From a virus: 64,000 nt of DNA. A program made the translations under genes and the position numbers. The DNA is taken from positions 96,001 through 160,000 of the IMG/VR virus record IMGVR_UViG_3300040856_003274; one strand, written 5' to 3'. The first letter of the stretch is position 1; every line of letters begins with the position of its first letter. Below the pieces are notes generated by a model. The model had not been told where the DNA came from and made no database searches. It saw only the letters and a list, made by a program, of their open reading frames with translations. Shown piece after piece: positions 29,547 through 37,613 of the stretch.

Positions 29547-30535
29547 TAGTTGCTCATCTTAAAGTTGGGATTAGACGGCGCTGAATGATTAGGGTTAAGG
29601 GTAGCATTAGGCTTCGATTTATCGGCGCTAGGGGCGCGGTTATCAAGCGTCTGTGTAGGCATACGGTATACTTCCACACCGCCGATGGACTCAGGCTTTG
29701 CAGGAGGAGGTGGTTGCTGGGCTTCCTGCTCTTGGCGCTCTTTAAGTAGACGGAGGTTTTCTTCGTTTACTTCTCGCTGATACTCTTCATCAAGGTTAGG
29801 GTGGTAGCTCCCATCGCTTGCGCGTGCGGGCGTGGGCGCGGGAGACTCTTCCTTCTTAGGAGGAGGAGGTGGTGCTACATTAGGGATAGCAGACTCTCTC
29901 TTTATGGGGAGTCCTTTCTCTGCGAGCACGTTTTCAGGGGTGATGTCTACCTTCTCGGCTTCTTCACTGTTTGCCATATCGAGAGATTTAGAGAACGCGG
30001 TGTCTTCTTTCCCGTCTCCGCGTTTTGCCTTAAGCTCTTTCAGGCGCTCTTCAAGTCGCTCAATTTCTTTATCGAGGACTTCGGGCTCATAAACGATACT
30101 CTCTTCGACTTGAGCTTCAACAAACTCTGTTAGCTCACCAAACTTCTTAAATACGGATGAGAGCATATCGCGCCCCCATTCGGAGACTAAGCTCTCTAAG
30201 GCTTCGTGTTTAGGGATTTTGATTGAGACACCGTTAGCTAGGGTTTCCCCAGTCTCGATGTGCTTAACATTACGGAGATCGAGGCTATCAATAGCGACGA
30301 TAGCATACGAGAGTGTGGCTATACGGAAGCGTTGCAAGTAATCAGCGGCAGTGACTTGGTTAGTCTCGCCGTCTTCTGAGAGAGCTTCCATAGCTTTCTT
30401 TTGGACTTCAATCTCCTCATTAGGTCTTAAAACCCTTAAGGTGATCTTAGTGCCGTTGACCTCGAAAGATCGCTCTTGATTACCTAAATCAGCGACCTTA
30501 GAGAGCGCCGACTTCAAATCCTTTAAATTGACCAT
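29546..30535 (-). CDS. tail assembly chaperone-like protein 1 with Pro-rich disordered tail
   Basis: 'FEVNGTKITLRVLRPNEEIEV...ATLSYAIVAID' chaperone-like domain; directly after the tail tube gene; RBS GAGGT. Confidence 0.6.
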   Translation of the reverse strand: MVNLKDLKSALSKVADLGNQERSFEVNGTKITLRVLRPNEEIEVQKKAMEALSEDGETNQVTAADYLQRFRIATLSYAIVAIDSLDLRNVKHIETGETLANGVSIKIPKHEALESLVSEWGRDMLSSVFKKFGELTEFVEAQVEESIVYEPEVLDKEIERLEERLKELKAKRGDGKEDTAFSKSLDMANSEEAEKVDITPENVLAEKGLPIKRESAIPNVAPPPPPKKEESPAPTPARASDGSYHPNLDEEYQREVNEENLRLLKERQEQEAQQPPPPAKPESIGGVEVYRMPTQTLDNRAPSADKSKPNATLNPNHSAPSNPNFKMSN

Positions 30536-30546
30536 ATTTACCTCAA

Positions 30547-30598
30547 GAAAAGCCTGTGGGATTGTTGGCTTAGACTAGCTTATACCCACAGGCTTTTC
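30547..30598 (-). terminator. putative intrinsic terminator/attenuator after the tail tube gene
   Basis: Perfect 14-bp inverted repeat GAAAAGCCTGTGGG (30547-30560)/CCCACAGGCTTTTC (30585-30598), 24-nt loop; the minus-strand RNA reads ...GGCUUUUCUU at the stem base. Confidence 0.6.
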
Positions 30599-30607
30599 AA
30601 GAAGCTA

Positions 30608-31360
30608 TTATTGGCTAAAACGGACAGACCCTACCTGACCAATTGTAGGATCATTACCCGTAGCCATAAACTCGCCGTAGACACTAGCACCGTCATGGAC
30701 ATCTGAGATCATCGCCTCAGACTCTTCCATAACAATGCCTGTGTCTTTCTCGAAGCTGTTGCTGTACGAGGTGAGCCAACAAGCCTCAAAGAAAGTGATC
30801 ATGGCAGAGTGACCCGCGTTGTCTGCGTGCTGACCTCCGATAGTCACAGGGTTAGGCCCGATGCCACCGTCATTAAACTGCATTTGACGGATACCTGCCT
30901 GCTCACCCTGACCTGCTAAGCCGACATTAGGCGCGTTTAAGTCATTGTCTACGAGCGTAGAGAATACGAGCTGTTGCTCAATGTCAAAAGGCCAACGATG
31001 GTGCGCAAGGCTTCTTACGGGGCCATCTACGCCTGCCGCATAACCCATCGCCTGCCAAATATTGCTCAGATAAAGCATGGTACGGCTAAGGGAAGCTGTG
31101 GGTGGTTCGGTGACTGAGGGGACAAGCTCTGCGACCTGATCCCCAAAACCGATACCTCTCACGGGCTCTACAGAACGTGAGTTAGAGAAACTGATAGAGG
31201 CAAGGACACCTACTTGGTTTCTTTGGTTTTGCCCGTAAGCAGGGGTGAGCACACGTAGTTTTTGTGATACTACGGTGCGTGTGTTAGGTGTTGTGCCGTA
31301 TTTATACAGGTACGAGCTACCCTGCGCCCCGCGTACCGCGTTTAAGTCTTGATTAGGCAT
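30608..31360 (-). CDS. tail tube protein
   Basis: 250 aa; 'VGVLASISFSNSRSVEPVRGIG...ELVP', 'PFDIEQ', 'FEACWLTSYS...IVMEE' tube-fold pattern; strong RBS AAGGAG; upstream of chaperones and tape measure. Confidence 0.75.
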   Translation of the reverse strand: MPNQDLNAVRGAQGSSYLYKYGTTPNTRTVVSQKLRVLTPAYGQNQRNQVGVLASISFSNSRSVEPVRGIGFGDQVAELVPSVTEPPTASLSRTMLYLSNIWQAMGYAAGVDGPVRSLAHHRWPFDIEQQLVFSTLVDNDLNAPNVGLAGQGEQAGIRQMQFNDGGIGPNPVTIGGQHADNAGHSAMITFFEACWLTSYSNSFEKDTGIVMEESEAMISDVHDGASVYGEFMATGNDPTIGQVGSVRFSQ

Positions 31361-31404
31361 GAGAGAGTCTCCTTAAGGTTAGACGTGTTTATATATCAGA
31401 TACA

Positions 31405-32847
31405 TTATTCAATCATTATGAACTCTACACCGCCGACACCATTTTCTTTATCGACTCTGTAGAGTGCTACTTGCCTACGATTTCCGACATAGCCTTTAAG
31501 TCTGTGCCAGCGATCCGTCCCACTTAAACTAGGCATCGTCCACACACGGCAACCGTTAAACTCATCGGCTCTAACCTTATGACCATGCCAGTGTCCCGTA
31601 AACCATTCCCAACCGCCTTTACACTCACCCCAATCCCCTGCGCGGTCTATCGCCATAACTGAAGGTAGGTCGCTCGCTTTTGTCCCGTCTCCGTGGTGAA
31701 AGCCCAAGAGTGAGTTACCGTGGCGAGTGTAAGAAAAGCCGTCCTTCGCGATGTCAATCTCCACGGAGCTAATGTCATGGTAGCGAGCTTTTAACATTAA
31801 GCCGACACTTAAGCCTAAAACCCTATCGTGATTACCTGGGATCGCCACGACTTTTACAGGAGCAACTTTCCTGAGCCCTTCGATGATCTGCTCTAGTGCC
31901 ATAAACGCAGTAGACAGCATATCAATGGGATCGCCGTCTACGTCTTGAGGCGTGCCTTGCGTAGTGGTGTTTTGGTAGTTGTCGATATGGATCATATCGC
32001 TCCCGCAGGGGAGTATCCACATCGAAGGAGCGCCCCACTTGTTGACAGACTGCTCCATAGCCGCGAGGCAAGTGTTCACTGCCGCTTCCCTAGCTCGCTC
32101 AAGATCCCATCCGAAAAGACCTTTCTTACCAACGTGCAAATCTGTGAGCCCTACGATGACTAGGTGATCACTTTTTTCTACATTAGAGAGGTCTACTTTA
32201 ATATTATGGGTAGACGGGCGGTCTTTGAGCCTCTCCTCCAATCTTGGGAAGATGATCCTCTCAAACTGATCAAACTGCTCAGCTTGTTTGACAAGCTGTC
32301 GGTATCGAATACGCTCCGCTTTTACGAGGACACGTTGCTCTTTTGCTCGAACGAGAGACTCTATAAGCACTTCTTCATTTGCGGCTGTCATCTCTTCATC
32401 AGAGAAAGGCGCGGAGTCATGTGTTTTACCGAGCACTCTAAGGATACGGATAAGTGTAGGTCTAGCGAGCCCATACTTGCGACAGATTTCGTTGACGCTT
32501 AACCCACCTGTTTCATTAGAGTAGTCCCAAATGAGCGCGTCAATCTTTGACTTTTCAACGCACACTGACCCTTTTTGACCTGGGATCGAGTGGAAGATGT
32601 AAACTTCTCTCTTCGAGTCGTAAAAGTAGTCTAAGGTGTCCTCTGAGAAGAAAGATTGAGTTTCAACACTCACCTTTTCTTCTTCTTGACTGTCTCCGCT
32701 AACCTCTACCTGATAGAGAAAGCCTTGGTTATTAGATTTCAGCTTTCTCGGTATGATAGAGGATCGAGCGCGTTTTCGTACAGTGCTTTCGGAAACACCT
32801 AGAGCCTCACTTGCTTCTCTAATGGTAAGCCATTTTTTAGCCATCAC
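31405..32847 (-). CDS. HTH-fused calcineurin-like metallophosphoesterase
   Basis: N-terminal excisionase/MerR-like HTH 'LTIREASEALGVSESTVRKR', a second HTH-like 'LSVNEICRKYGLARPT', and metallophosphoesterase motifs DLH, GSD, GNHD, HHGD, GHWH; RBS GAGGAGG. Confidence 0.85.
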   Translation of the reverse strand: MMAKKWLTIREASEALGVSESTVRKRARSSIIPRKLKSNNQGFLYQVEVSGDSQEEEKVSVETQSFFSEDTLDYFYDSKREVYIFHSIPGQKGSVCVEKSKIDALIWDYSNETGGLSVNEICRKYGLARPTLIRILRVLGKTHDSAPFSDEEMTAANEEVLIESLVRAKEQRVLVKAERIRYRQLVKQAEQFDQFERIIFPRLEERLKDRPSTHNIKVDLSNVEKSDHLVIVGLTDLHVGKKGLFGWDLERAREAAVNTCLAAMEQSVNKWGAPSMWILPCGSDMIHIDNYQNTTTQGTPQDVDGDPIDMLSTAFMALEQIIEGLRKVAPVKVVAIPGNHDRVLGLSVGLMLKARYHDISSVEIDIAKDGFSYTRHGNSLLGFHHGDGTKASDLPSVMAIDRAGDWGECKGGWEWFTGHWHGHKVRADEFNGCRVWTMPSLSGTDRWHRLKGYVGNRRQVALYRVDKENGVGGVEFIMIE

Positions 32848-33088
32848 ACTCTCCTCCTCAAGGGTTCATGGAGTGCGGTCTATAAGGACTATATTCTCAA
32901 ACGCATCTTGAAGCGACAAGAAGAGATACTGAGAAAAACCCAATAAATAGTATACCTGTCATAGTTAACTCCTTTCTTTTTTTATGTCTGTCCGTAGCAT
33001 ATAGGCACATAAGCGAGGAGCTCAGTTTCCTTTTATTCTTTACCTGCTGTTAAGCAGACTTCAGGTTTTTAGAAAGGCGCTGAGAGAT
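32848..33088. promoter_or_regulatory. divergent intergenic region, probably carrying promoters for both structural operons
   Basis: The only divergent strand switch in the window; 241 nt with T-tracts; no promoter consensus assigned with confidence. Confidence 0.45.
32897..32962 (-). CDS. putative 21-aa hydrophobic microprotein
   Basis: AAAGGAG Shine-Dalgarno 6 nt before ATG; MTGILFIGFFSVSLLVASRCV*; below the ORF-track size cut-off. Confidence 0.4.
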   Translation of the reverse strand: MTGILFIGFFSVSLLVASRCV

Positions 33089-34171
33089 ATGAGCTACGAC
33101 TTGCAACTAGCATATAACTGCCCCCACCTCGCGGTAGACGAGAGAGTCAGTCTTGCGGAAGACAACAAGACTCTCTTAACGAGGAGACTCGTATCGAACG
33201 CAGGTCTAATCAAGATTAAGATTAACGGCTTGACCGTCCCTCCAAGTGGGCTCAAGACTCCAGCAAGCCTTAAATCTACTTCCCGAAGCTCGTATTACTT
33301 CAACTCTGCCCGAACGCTGACCATAACAAGCCAATCTTCTAGTGTTACGTTGAGCTTTAACAAAGGACTGCTCACAGCTCAGGACTTTGTAACGAAAGTG
33401 ACCTTGGAGGCTCAGGGAGTCTGCACAGCTTCCTTAAGCGACGGTTACGTCACGATTAGCGAGTCTAGGGCTCTCGGTAGGGACTCCAAACTGAAGCTGA
33501 GCGGAGATGCTGTTGAGACGCTTGGTTTTTCTTTTCAGCCTCAGTCGAGAGGCACACAAACGTATCCTGCGTGGACTCTAATCTCAGCGGAAACGAACCC
33601 TGAGAGCGGTGAGGTTTACGGGCGAAGGGTGTATTTCTTAGAACCTTTAAACAACCCTAACTTAATCGTGCAGGTGACCTACTCAATGATCTCTTCTAGG
33701 TGCTTGAGATGTCAGGGGCTCGTCGTAGAGAACGACTACCGCTACAATGAGGTCGGTGATATTAGGAAGGTTGAGAACGAGAACCTGTTACAGCAGAGGT
33801 GCTTAAAGATTTTGCTTACAGACAGGGGCAGTAATGTCTTCCATAGCTGGTACGGCTCTAGCTTGCGCACACGCGTAGGCGCGAAAGCTATTGGAGCGGT
33901 GTCAGGTGCGCTCAAGGTAGATGTTGAGAGGGCTCTTGAGACTCTGAGGGACATACAAGATCAGCAAGGAGGTTTTCAGACGATGAGTGCCAAAGAAAGA
34001 CTGATCAGTGTGGTAAGCGTAGAGGTCGCACCTGTTGAGAATGACCCTACTGCTTTTATTATAGATGTTGTGGTAAGGAACGGCTCTAATGAGAACGTGA
34101 ACATTACAGCAGTCTATACGAGCCCAGGTGTGACAGCTTATTTGAACAACAACTTAGTGTTTGGTGGATAA
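33089..34171 (+). CDS. baseplate wedge/sheath-initiator protein (gp25/gpW-like C-terminus) with N-terminal extra domains
   Basis: C-terminal 'GDIRKVENENLLQQRCLKILLTDRGSNVFHSWYGSSL...ERLISVVSVEV' gp25-like pattern; N-terminal CPH and internal CLRC. Confidence 0.75.
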   Translation: MSYDLQLAYNCPHLAVDERVSLAEDNKTLLTRRLVSNAGLIKIKINGLTVPPSGLKTPASLKSTSRSSYYFNSARTLTITSQSSSVTLSFNKGLLTAQDFVTKVTLEAQGVCTASLSDGYVTISESRALGRDSKLKLSGDAVETLGFSFQPQSRGTQTYPAWTLISAETNPESGEVYGRRVYFLEPLNNPNLIVQVTYSMISSRCLRCQGLVVENDYRYNEVGDIRKVENENLLQQRCLKILLTDRGSNVFHSWYGSSLRTRVGAKAIGAVSGALKVDVERALETLRDIQDQQGGFQTMSAKERLISVVSVEVAPVENDPTAFIIDVVVRNGSNENVNITAVYTSPGVTAYLNNNLVFGG

Positions 34172-34172
34172 C

Positions 34173-37100
34173 ATGGCGAATATATACCTACAAAGCCCTA
34201 GTCAAGATTACGCAGCCTCTCTTAGCTACACCACGAACAGGGCGCTGTTATCCTTAAACGGCTCTTTTGACGGGGACATTTCTTCATTCCGAGTCATCGT
34301 AAGAGGAGTCTATGATCCTGATGTTCAAGATGAGCTTATTGACGCTACGGACACAACCTTCACTTTACCTAACCTTGCGCTCTCTGAGGGTATCGAGCTC
34401 GTCGCAGGGGTCAATGAGATTAAGGTTGAGGGCTATAATGACGACTCTAATCTTGTAGCTACAGCGATTGCTAACATAGAGCTGGCGGTCGCTAGCGACT
34501 TTAATCAAGAGCTGACTCCGCCCACAGGCTTAAGCGCCGAGCAGTTTAGTAATCATGTGGTGATTAATGTCGAAGGGCTCAGCTCTTCTAATGTTATAGG
34601 TTACAACCTGTATTGCTCAGAGATACAGGGCGGCGGTGTCGAGGGATACCGTCAAATCAATGTCCTCCCTATTAGGGACGGCGCGACAAAAGAAAACGTC
34701 TCTGAGTACGCTACTCTCGAAACCGACTTTCTTGCAGAGGACGCAGACCCTTTAAGGCTTAGAGTCAAAGGAACACAGATCAATTCTATAAACGAGGCGC
34801 TGGTGGTCAACTTTGATGAGGCTGTGCCTATCTCAGAAGAGATTACAAAGCTGAGAGCAGAGGTTAAGATTAGCACACTCTCAATCTCTAAGACCTTTTC
34901 TTTCAAACACGTCCGTACAGCGACCACAACGAGCATACCTGCCACAATACCTTCAGCTAGGTTTTCTACTGTAGCAAACAGTGAGCCTCTCTTTTACGTG
35001 GCTACTGCGATTTATTATAATCCTGTTTCGGGCTCAGAGGTCGAGAGTAGTCTCTCTTCAGAGATATCTGCTAAGCCTATACTTCTCAACACTACCTTAC
35101 CAACCATCCCTGTAGTAGGCCGCCAACAAATATTAGAAGACGCGGTGCTGGGTATTTATAGGAACAGCCCTCAAGCATCAGTGAGCCCAGGCTCTGCAAT
35201 ACGGGATCTTTTCTTAGACCCTTTTGCATCAGAGGCTGAGCGCATTCGGTTTGTCGTAGATTACGTCTACCGCTCTGCGTCGTTCTCTACCTTACTAGCG
35301 ATAGATGATCCTGCGTTCTCAGGCACGTCTGTATCTGTGGACTCCTCAAGCTATAAGTCTTTAATGAGACAAGCACTCTTCCTGCCCTCAAACGACAGCG
35401 TGCAGAACCTCATCGACTTGTCTTTTGACCGTCTCGCTTCTAACTTCGGCGTTATCCGTAATCAAGGCACAGCCGCTCGCGGAGAGGTGATTTTCTTCAC
35501 TAGGACTCAACCTACAGCAGATTTAAGGATACCGCTTGGTACGATTGTGTCGAGCGGTAGCGTTGAGTTTAGGACGACAACACAAGGATTTATCCCTCTT
35601 AACGGGTTCGCTTCTTACTATAATCCTCTTAGTAATCGTTATGAGGTGACTATACCTATCAAGGCTTCTAGCACAGGAGCGATATCTAACGTGACCGCAG
35701 GTGAGATCAGCTCGATTATCTCTGACATTAGAGGTCTTGAAGTAACAAACACCGCAGAGACTTTTGGTGGTTTAGACTTAGAGAGCAACCTCGCCCTTTC
35801 GATCAGAGCTCAGCAAGCGATTTCTTCAATCGACACGGGAACGACTCAAGGTTATTACAGCCTTATCTCTAATGCTCCTAATGTTATATCGGCTTCCGTA
35901 GTGTCAGCAGGCGATCCTTTAATGAACAGGGATGTTGATCCAGCCACAGGGCTACACTCAGGAGGCAAGGTAGACATTTGGGTGCAAGGTGAGCAAGACA
36001 CTTACGTGACGGACTCTTTTGCTTTTACTTTTGATGTAAAAGAAAAGGTGGTGTTTGACCTTGTAGGGAGTTTGACTTTCAGGGCTTCTGATAATGATCT
36101 CTCGGTGAATAACCCTATCGTCAACATGCTCGACTTCTCGGCGCTTAACCTCGGTCTTGTTAATGCCACGACGGGCGCTCGGTTCGATCTTACAGACGTG
36201 GAGATTATAAGCTACAATACGATTAGGCTCTCCTCTAGCGTGACTCAGCCAGCTTTTAGTCTGACAGACATAATATTAGGAGACTTTAGATTAAGGACAG
36301 GGACAACACACACCTTCACGCGCCAGCCCGTCAAAGAGATTTCTTCTCTCACAGGCGAGGTGTCGGGTCAGGTAGGCTTGCTGTCTTATTATCTAAACCA
36401 CCCTAACAACATCTTAGACCTCGGAGGCTCAACCAAGTCAGGGGATGAGATTGTTATTGAAGACGTGCGCGGAGAGCTTTCGGCTTTACCGATAGCGGTA
36501 GAGGGAGAGAGCCACGTTATCTTAGAGAAGTTTACAGAGCCTCTCAACAAGCTAGGCACAAACCCTTTTAGTCTAAGGGTGTTTAACGAAGACCGCTCTG
36601 TTGAATATTACGGCCCTTATTCAGGTCAGGTAGACCTTGATTATATAATCATCGAAGGAGGCTCAACGACTCCTTATGGAATACAGAGGACAGACGGTAG
36701 TCGGATTTCTTCAGGGCAAACAGTGTTGTTTGATTACTCGCACGCAGAAAACTTCTCAGTGCGCTATAGGACAAACCTAATCTTATCAACTTTACAGAGC
36801 ATGGTAGAGAAACAGAAGCACGCTACGGCTGATGTTTTAATCAACGAGGCTTTCGAGGTTGAGCTAGATATATCTGCCGTGGTGGTCTTAAGCTCAGGCT
36901 CTTCTTCTGCTTTCGTGGACAGTGAAATCCGATCTAACTTAAGCGCCCTCGTAGGCTCATTGAGGATGGGCGACCCTTTAAGAGTCTCAGATATAGTCAA
37001 TGCTATGGACAAGACTAATGGCGTTTCTTATGTGCAGTTGCCCTTATCTAAGATGACCCTAAGCGTAGGTTCACAAATCGTAAGAGAGGCAGTAGCGGTA

Positions 37101-37613
37101 GGGCTCGGTGGCGCTGTTATAATGCCTTCCTTAAGCACACCTTCCGTAAAGGTTTGGCTAGTAGGAGACTCTCTAGACTTCATTCCTGAAGAAAACGGGG
37201 GTGAGCAAGGGTCATATCGAGGAGTCTTTAAAGGTACTGACCGTATGACTCTCGCCCCTAGTATTTCGCTCCTGTCAAACTACTCAGACCAAGCGTACAT
37301 CATAGGGTCTGAAGGCGCTATTATCCAAGGCTACACTGATGATCTTACGCTCAACCCTACAGGTGGGTTAAGTGACGCGGAAATCCTCGCTGAGAGGAAG
37401 CGACTGACGGCGAGCAAAGTCCTCATTTCGCTTCTTACGGGGGATAATCCTTCAGAGTATTCTTATGCTGTCACTTACACAATAGGGTTGAGCCCTAATG
37501 AAGCGAGAGATATCAGCGTTTCCGACACTCAGTTTATCACTTTAGGTCTTGTTAATATTACCTATGAGCAAGACCAAGTGAGATCACGCATTAACACTAC
37601 AGGAGTGCGCTAA
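34173..37613 (+). CDS. baseplate wedge protein, baseplate J/gp6-like, enlarged
   Basis: 'SPGSAIRDLF', 'FDRLASNFGVIRNQGTAARGEVIF', 'IPLGTIVS', 'GGLDLESN', 'GKVDIWV' are baseplate J signatures; likely ATG at 34173 (track start 34161). Confidence 0.85.
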   Translation: MANIYLQSPSQDYAASLSYTTNRALLSLNGSFDGDISSFRVIVRGVYDPDVQDELIDATDTTFTLPNLALSEGIELVAGVNEIKVEGYNDDSNLVATAIANIELAVASDFNQELTPPTGLSAEQFSNHVVINVEGLSSSNVIGYNLYCSEIQGGGVEGYRQINVLPIRDGATKENVSEYATLETDFLAEDADPLRLRVKGTQINSINEALVVNFDEAVPISEEITKLRAEVKISTLSISKTFSFKHVRTATTTSIPATIPSARFSTVANSEPLFYVATAIYYNPVSGSEVESSLSSEISAKPILLNTTLPTIPVVGRQQILEDAVLGIYRNSPQASVSPGSAIRDLFLDPFASEAERIRFVVDYVYRSASFSTLLAIDDPAFSGTSVSVDSSSYKSLMRQALFLPSNDSVQNLIDLSFDRLASNFGVIRNQGTAARGEVIFFTRTQPTADLRIPLGTIVSSGSVEFRTTTQGFIPLNGFASYYNPLSNRYEVTIPIKASSTGAISNVTAGEISSIISDIRGLEVTNTAETFGGLDLESNLALSIRAQQAISSIDTGTTQGYYSLISNAPNVISASVVSAGDPLMNRDVDPATGLHSGGKVDIWVQGEQDTYVTDSFAFTFDVKEKVVFDLVGSLTFRASDNDLSVNNPIVNMLDFSALNLGLVNATTGARFDLTDVEIISYNTIRLSSSVTQPAFSLTDIILGDFRLRTGTTHTFTRQPVKEISSLTGEVSGQVGLLSYYLNHPNNILDLGGSTKSGDEIVIEDVRGELSALPIAVEGESHVILEKFTEPLNKLGTNPFSLRVFNEDRSVEYYGPYSGQVDLDYIIIEGGSTTPYGIQRTDGSRISSGQTVLFDYSHAENFSVRYRTNLILSTLQSMVEKQKHATADVLINEAFEVELDISAVVVLSSGSSSAFVDSEIRSNLSALVGSLRMGDPLRVSDIVNAMDKTNGVSYVQLPLSKMTLSVGSQIVREAVAVGLGGAVIMPSLSTPSVKVWLVGDSLDFIPEENGGEQGSYRGVFKGTDRMTLAPSISLLSNYSDQAYIIGSEGAIIQGYTDDLTLNPTGGLSDAEILAERKRLTASKVLISLLTGDNPSEYSYAVTYTIGLSPNEARDISVSDTQFITLGLVNITYEQDQVRSRINTTGVR

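Noticed and set aside
28353-30535. Programmed -1 frameshift (lambda G/GT type) between the two tail chaperones
   Set aside because: No XXXYYYZ slippery site seen near the end of the first gene; the genes are joined by a TAATG stop/start overlap and the second has its own chaperone-like N-terminus.
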